A stretch of DNA of 64,000 nt, from NCBI GenBank assembly GCA_963665295.1, contig OY762209.1:2080001-2144000 (forward strand), written 5' to 3'. Positions within the stretch are counted from its first letter, which is position 1. Every line of letters begins with the position of its first letter. The stretch is from Syntrophorhabdaceae bacterium (lineage in GTDB: Bacteria; Desulfobacterota; Syntrophorhabdia; Syntrophorhabdales; Syntrophorhabdaceae). Below the pieces are notes generated by a model. That model did not search any database, was not told where the DNA came from, and worked only from the letters and a program-made list of their open reading frames with translations. Of the stretch, positions 58,430 through 64,000 are shown one piece after another. Both the position numbers and the translations under genes were made by a program.

Positions 58430-61400
58430 ATGGCAAAGATTCATTGCATAGGGGACAGCCACGTATCTGTTTTTTCGGGTCTCAACGAGGTAGGACAGAA
58501 CTACGACGCACTGCCTTTCTTTAAAACGTACTGGCTTGGGCCGCACACGGCATACCATGCGATGGATATGCGCGACACCATAGACGCGCTGGTCACGGAG
58601 AACGTGAAGCCCGGGGATAGAATCCTCCTCTGTTTCGGTGAGATCGACTGCAGGGTCCACCTCCTGAAACAATCCGAATTAAGGAAAGAGCCTCTGGAAG
58701 ATATCGTCCGGGAATGCGTTGCCCGTTACTTCAAGGTCTTTCTCGCCCTCAAAGGGCAGGGATATGATCTCATTGCGTGGAATGTGCCTCCTCCAAGCGT
58801 CGAGGATATTGAATACTATGAATATTCCACGTATGGGAGCTATCCGGACCGACTCAAAGTGACCCGGATGTTCAACAATATGCTCGAGGAGCATTGTGCG
58901 GGAAGCGGCATTCCCTTCATTTCCATTTTCGAGCAACTCCTCGGCCCGGACGGGCTCACGAATCCTCTTCATTTCATGGATGAAATTCACCTCTCCCAGC
59001 GGTCCATGCCTCTTATTATGGAAGCCTTCAAGGCCGGTGGAATAGACCTCGGGTCTTGCGAGGAGATCCCCGACAACGACGGATACGTTCCGTCCGGGGA
59101 GGACGTGGTATCTGTCGCGGAGGATACGGGGACCCGGGCGCCCGACCACCAGATCATCAATGTTGTATACGGGCATCTCGCGGAATCGCAGATGCACGCC
59201 TTCTGCAAGGGCAACGCCTCGGTCGTCTGGTCGGCGGTCCCCCTCAAGGGATGCGACCTCTATGCATACCTCAACGCCTTCAGTTTCATGGGCAAACAGG
59301 ACGGCCTCGACGTGCTCCTCCTCTGGGAGCCCTACGTGGTGCTGCCGGGGCAATGGGATGATCAGGTATGGGCTCAATTCGACCGCATATTCACCCTGTA
59401 TAAGGCCCTTGAGAGAAAGGGACCGAATTTCAGGAGGGTCAGGGCCCCTCGCTCGGGCTGGGTCGTTCCCGTGGACGTTACCGAGGACCGGGAGGAACGG
59501 GAGAGGAAATACCCCCTCAAGGACCGCAGGAACGCCATATGCATGATCAACGGCCACAAGATCTCCGCCATACCGGGCGAGCTTTACTCGAAACGCTTCG
59601 ACGCGGCGAAATGGTTCCATGAAAATTCCGATATCCCCTTTGATATATACGGGACGCCCCCTTTCCCGCTGCCCAATTACATAGGCGCCCTTGACGCGGA
59701 CCGAAAACTGCCCACCATGGCCGGTTACATGTATTCCCTCTGTTTTGAGAACCTTTATCACCCTGCCTACTCATCGGGATACATAACGGAGAAGATACTT
59801 GACTGTCTCGAAACAAGGACGGTGCCCATCTATTTCGGGTGTTCCGACATCGAAAGGTACATACCGAAGGATTGCTTCATAGACTTCAGGGATTTCAAAG
59901 ATTTCAGCGACTTGAATGATTTCCTCGCCAACATGAGCCGGAAGAGGTATAAGAAGTATACCCACAGTATCGATCAGTGGGTAATGGAGGGCAACCTCCG
60001 GCAATATTCGTGGCAGGTCCTCTACGATGAACTGGTGAGCCTCCTCGATGAGACGGCCGGAAGAAAGAGCGCGTCCGTGGAAGAACGGGACGGGAAGGGC
60101 TGGATCTCCGGTATATCACCGGTTCTCAAGGACCGCCAATGGGTTCCTGCGGATGCGTCCGGAGTCTGGTCGTATGAGACCCTTGCCGCCACTATCCCTC
60201 CGGTGGTAGAGGTAATCACGGGTGAAGAGGAAGCAGGGCACGACCTGATGGAACGTCTTGGCGAAGTGAGTCCTGTTCCCGAAGAACGCGCCTTGAAGCT
60301 TCAGAAGATAAAGTCGGCAGATTGTTCCCTGAAGGCAGACTTTCTGAAGAAATTGCATGACGCCTTTGATCTCGACGTGTTCGTGGAAACCGGAACCGAT
60401 CTCGGCAATACAACCGATGAGGCTCAAGCGGTCTTCGATGAGGTTCACGCCATAGAATTGAGCCGGTCCCTTTATGAGAAGGCGGAGGACCGCTTCAAAG
60501 GCAGGACGAAGGTCCATGTCTATCACGGTGATGCCGTTTCACAACTCCCCAATGTCCTCACCCGGGCCCGGGGCAGGAAGGCGCTCCTGTGGCTCGACGC
60601 CCACTACAGCGAAGGGGTGACGGGAGCAGGGGCAAAGAATACGTCTATTATTGAAGAAATTACCCTCATAAAGGACTTAACCGTCAAGAATGAGATGTTT
60701 TTCCTTATCGATGACATAAGATTTTGTCAGGACTACATGGGCGCCACGCCGGAGGACCCGAGCCTCAGTGGCTACCCCACGGTCGCCCGGGTGTGCGATG
60801 CGATCCTTGGCATTGACGATTCATTTCAGTTTGCCGTGATGGGAGACGTTCTCCTTGCCTACCGGAAAAGAGCCGGCTTCCGGGTGTCGCCCGTGCTCCA
60901 CGCCTGCACGGTGTCGAGACTATTTGAAGGCGCCAATTTCCCGGAAGAGCAGGTCTTTAACGCGGAACAGGTGATCAGCGAGGCGGAAGGTATAGAACTG
61001 CGCGCGGTCCAGAGCCTCGTCAAAGACAACCTTGAGTCGGAAAACCTCAAGATTGGAGGCCACTACCGGCTGTGGCACGGCCTCACCCTTTGGGGCCGGA
61101 AACTCTATGACGAGGCATGCCTCGAATTTCTGACCGCCATGCAGACGGGTGTGAGACACTGGCGTCTCTACTGGTACATTGCGCGGAGCGCATTCATGGC
61201 GGACAACCCGGTCCTTGCCCGGAACGCCGCCAATGCAGCGCTGAATGCGGCCCCCGGGTTCAAGGAAGCAAGAAAGCTTCTCGAAGATCTGGATATGGGG
61301 GTCGCGGAATCCCCGGACGCGAAGGGAACGGCTTCCGGAGGCCATCTTGCCTCAGCGCTGTTCTTCCAGAATGAGGGGAGGTTCCCTGAAGCCATAGGCG

Positions 61401-64000
61401 CGATGGAGAAGGTCATTTCTACGGGGGTGGCGGACGCAAATGTGCACTACCAGTATGCCCAGCTTCTTATTGTTACGGGGCAGTACGACAGAAGCGTGGG
61501 GGAACTGAAGAAGGTAGTTGCCCTCAACCCCAGGCACACCTTTGCCCATAACGACCTCGGAGTTATTTACCAGCAGAAGGAGCTCTTCTACGAAGCCATA
61601 GCGGCCTTCGAGAAGTCTGTTTCCAGCGATAACGGCAATTACAATGCCTTGAGAAACCTTCTCAGGCTGTTCCTCATGAGAGACAGGCGCGATGGAGCGA
61701 TGAGGGTCGCCCGCATGCTCATGACGGATCGCCCGTGGGACAAGAAATTGAAGGATGTAGTGAAAGAATTCGATCTTCCTCTCGGCACGAGCGCCACGAC
61801 AGGGGGCGAGTTCGAGAGCATAATCTTTGTGAAGGATGCGGACTCCGGAGAAGAAGGGCTTTTCCGGAAGAAGGCCGGCGCCTATTACGGAAGTATGAAG
61901 GAGATATTCGGACTCGATTCAAGCGAGGGCTCTGTCTATCGATTCGTGCACCCCGTGTGGAAGGAGCAGTTGGACACCCTGGGCGCCCTCATCTCGGACG
62001 GCCTTCCGGATAATTTCCTTTACCACCCCATTTGTCTCGAGATGTTCGTGAGAGCCGGCTGGCAGCCACAGCAGCAGCATGAACTCGAATACCTCGAAGG
62101 CCTCGAGGGGGGATTGAAGGAAAGAATATTCTCCATTCAGGAGACACAGGTGGGGCTTCTTCCCCGGAATGTTCCGGGGCATGACATATCCATAAATACC
62201 CTGGGCATGCTCTGGTATTGCGCCCGCATAGAGGAGACCCTTGCCGGCCGCGTTAATACCGTGGTGGAATTCGGAGGCGGTTTCGGCTCTTTTGCCAGGG
62301 TCTTTACCCTCTTTGCCGATGGCCCTCTTACCTATATAATAATCGACTTACCGGAGATGCTGGCCCTCCAACTCTACTACCTCGGTCTGAGTCTGGGCGC
62401 CGACAAAGTGGTGGCCCATACGGACACGGCTGAAGCCCCTCGCCCGGGGAAGATCAATCTTTATCCCGTATACGGGCTCGAAGAGATGAATATCACATCC
62501 GACCTTTTTGTCTCCACCTTCGCCCTTTCCGAGACACCGGCCTTTACCCAGGACATGGTATGCAAAGGCAAGAAGTTCTTCAATGCCTCCCACATTTACA
62601 TAACGGGTCAGCTTGAAACGGAGCGGCTGGAACTCGGTTGGCAGAGGCCCCAGGATATCGTGCTCTCGGCCCTGCACCAGTACAAACATATGCAACTGGA
62701 CCACTTTCACATCGGCCACAACTATGAACTGAGAGCCCATAACGACCCGGGGGACGCGGTGCGCGTGGCGGGCAGAATATCTCCCGCAGCCCCTCTCCGG
62801 TCGGCTGAGGGAGGTATTCCGGAGAACGGATCGCAAGCCGGGCGGGACACGGTGGCCGTGGTATTCAGCAAGGACCGGGCTATGCAGCTTCACTGCACCC
62901 TGGCTTCGTTGATGCTCCATTGCAGGGACGTTGACGGAATCGATGTGCGCGTGCTCTACACCACCTCCCATCCTATGCACGAGGCGCAATACGAGAAACT
63001 GAAGAAAGATTTTCCCTCAGTGAGGTTTGTAAAGGAGGGGCCCTTCAAGGACGATCTTCTCTCGCTCATATCTGCGTACCGCTACGTACTGTTTCTTGTG
63101 GACGACAATATCTTCGTCAGGGATTTTGAAGTCAAAGATGCAATCGACGCTCTTGACTCGATCGAAGACGCAATCGGATTTTCACTTCGCCTCGGGACGA
63201 ATACCACCTATTGCTACATGCTCAACAGGGCGCAGGCACTTCCGCAGTTTCAAAGCGGGCAGTTTCAGAGAGTGGGAAACCGGTCCATGAAATTCGATTG
63301 GACTACCGCCGAGTGCGATTTCGGATATCCCCTCGAGGTCTCGAGTTCGGTGTACCGCGTCCCGGACCTGCTCGGTGTAATGCAGCTTTACTACAGGAAC
63401 CCGAATACCCTGGAGCTTATGCTGGACAAGAACAAGCACCTGTTCCGGGAGAATAGAAAGTCCCTTCTGTGCTTTGAACGGAGCGTCACGTTCTGCAACC
63501 CCGTAAATATGGTTCAGACCATGTGGATAAACAGGGCCGGCGGCGAGAGCGATTATTCAGCCGGAAAGCTCGCCGACATGTTCGACAAAGGACTGAGGGT
63601 TGATGTAAAGGCTTACTCGGGGTTTGTCCCGAACTCGTGCCACCAGGAAGTTGTCCTGAAGTTTTCGGGAGAAAGAGAGGAACCTGCCCGGCCGGTGGGC
63701 GACAAGGGGCCCCTGGTCTCCATTATGATCATCAGCTATAACGGCATAGACCACATACGGACATGCCTGGAATCGATAAAGAGGAACACCCCTGAGGATC
63801 ACGAAATTGTGGTCGTGGACAATGCGAGGAATGACGGGTCCCTGGACTTCGTAAGGTCGGTGCCCGGGGTCGTGGTTATAGAGAATCCGACGAACATAGG
63901 GTATTCTCCCGCCCGCGCCCAGGCCATGTCCGTGGTAAGGGGCAGATACATCGTCTCTCTCGACGATGATACGGTAGTGTCCCGGGGCTGGGTGACAAGG
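58430..64000 (+). CDS. Giant multidomain glycan-modifying protein, at least 1857 aa, 3'-truncated: SGNH - GT10 - SAM methyltransferase - TPR - sugar O-methyltransferase - GT-A-like - GT2
   Basis: Hand translation found no stop from ATG 58430 (GAGGG RBS) to the window end. Motifs all in one frame: IGDSH/FGEID/DEIH; YSLCFEN..GYITEKI..VPIYFG (CFEN at 59741); FVETGTDLG/WLDAH (60383); AHNDLG TPRs; VVEFGGGFG/IIDLPE (62261); VFSKDRAMQL/FLVDD (62861); VSIMIISYN/VVVDNA/SLDDD (63713 onward). Confidence 0.9.
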   Translation, partial: MAKIHCIGDSHVSVFSGLNEVGQNYDALPFFKTYWLGPHTAYHAMDMRDTIDALVTENVKPGDRILLCFGEIDCRVHLLKQSELRKEPLEDIVRECVARYFKVFLALKGQGYDLIAWNVPPPSVEDIEYYEYSTYGSYPDRLKVTRMFNNMLEEHCAGSGIPFISIFEQLLGPDGLTNPLHFMDEIHLSQRSMPLIMEAFKAGGIDLGSCEEIPDNDGYVPSGEDVVSVAEDTGTRAPDHQIINVVYGHLAESQMHAFCKGNASVVWSAVPLKGCDLYAYLNAFSFMGKQDGLDVLLLWEPYVVLPGQWDDQVWAQFDRIFTLYKALERKGPNFRRVRAPRSGWVVPVDVTEDREERERKYPLKDRRNAICMINGHKISAIPGELYSKRFDAAKWFHENSDIPFDIYGTPPFPLPNYIGALDADRKLPTMAGYMYSLCFENLYHPAYSSGYITEKILDCLETRTVPIYFGCSDIERYIPKDCFIDFRDFKDFSDLNDFLANMSRKRYKKYTHSIDQWVMEGNLRQYSWQVLYDELVSLLDETAGRKSASVEERDGKGWISGISPVLKDRQWVPADASGVWSYETLAATIPPVVEVITGEEEAGHDLMERLGEVSPVPEERALKLQKIKSADCSLKADFLKKLHDAFDLDVFVETGTDLGNTTDEAQAVFDEVHAIELSRSLYEKAEDRFKGRTKVHVYHGDAVSQLPNVLTRARGRKALLWLDAHYSEGVTGAGAKNTSIIEEITLIKDLTVKNEMFFLIDDIRFCQDYMGATPEDPSLSGYPTVARVCDAILGIDDSFQFAVMGDVLLAYRKRAGFRVSPVLHACTVSRLFEGANFPEEQVFNAEQVISEAEGIELRAVQSLVKDNLESENLKIGGHYRLWHGLTLWGRKLYDEACLEFLTAMQTGVRHWRLYWYIARSAFMADNPVLARNAANAALNAAPGFKEARKLLEDLDMGVAESPDAKGTASGGHLASALFFQNEGRFPEAIGAMEKVISTGVADANVHYQYAQLLIVTGQYDRSVGELKKVVALNPRHTFAHNDLGVIYQQKELFYEAIAAFEKSVSSDNGNYNALRNLLRLFLMRDRRDGAMRVARMLMTDRPWDKKLKDVVKEFDLPLGTSATTGGEFESIIFVKDADSGEEGLFRKKAGAYYGSMKEIFGLDSSEGSVYRFVHPVWKEQLDTLGALISDGLPDNFLYHPICLEMFVRAGWQPQQQHELEYLEGLEGGLKERIFSIQETQVGLLPRNVPGHDISINTLGMLWYCARIEETLAGRVNTVVEFGGGFGSFARVFTLFADGPLTYIIIDLPEMLALQLYYLGLSLGADKVVAHTDTAEAPRPGKINLYPVYGLEEMNITSDLFVSTFALSETPAFTQDMVCKGKKFFNASHIYITGQLETERLELGWQRPQDIVLSALHQYKHMQLDHFHIGHNYELRAHNDPGDAVRVAGRISPAAPLRSAEGGIPENGSQAGRDTVAVVFSKDRAMQLHCTLASLMLHCRDVDGIDVRVLYTTSHPMHEAQYEKLKKDFPSVRFVKEGPFKDDLLSLISAYRYVLFLVDDNIFVRDFEVKDAIDALDSIEDAIGFSLRLGTNTTYCYMLNRAQALPQFQSGQFQRVGNRSMKFDWTTAECDFGYPLEVSSSVYRVPDLLGVMQLYYRNPNTLELMLDKNKHLFRENRKSLLCFERSVTFCNPVNMVQTMWINRAGGESDYSAGKLADMFDKGLRVDVKAYSGFVPNSCHQEVVLKFSGEREEPARPVGDKGPLVSIMIISYNGIDHIRTCLESIKRNTPEDHEIVVVDNARNDGSLDFVRSVPGVVVIENPTNIGYSPARAQAMSVVRGRYIVSLDDDTVVSRGWVTR

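Noticed and set aside
58346..63802. Many short track ORFs in the last 5.6 kb, suggesting a gene-poor or degraded region
   Set aside because: All are antisense or off-frame to the single open plus-strand frame starting at 58430

Overview
Bacterial chromosomal window, consistent with a Desulfobacterota/deltaproteobacterial genome (inference from gene content). 1-8.2 kb: unrelated genes (partial hypothetical, flavodoxin, YqhD-type alcohol dehydrogenase, PAS/HD-GYP phosphodiesterase, M16 peptidase). 8.3-31 kb, mostly minus strand: two NtrC-type sigma54 activators flank a full che operon (receiver, atypical soluble MCP-like protein, STAS, cheY-cheA-mcp-cheW-cheR-cheD-cheB). This block also holds two multi-PAS kinases, cheY-cheX and a GH108-like muramidase. 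31.3-46 kb, plus strand: cheW and a late flagellar cluster (flgFGAHIJMNKL-csrA-fliW-GT2/TPR-fliC-flaG-fliD-fliS). 46-64 kb: a putative flagellar glycosylation island. It has a SAM methyltransferase and five TPR-GT41 glycosyltransferases, four of them SPINDLY-like and one built from a ~2.09 kb near-identical tandem repeat. It ends in a giant ORF of at least 1857 aa (58430 to beyond 64000) that the ORF track misses, which chains SGNH, GT10, methyltransferase, TPR, sugar O-methyltransferase, GT-A and GT2 domains. Six sigma54 and four to five sigma28 promoter motifs are readable in the sequence and tie much of the island and the muramidase to sigma54 control. No rRNA, tRNA, CRISPR array or IS element was seen.
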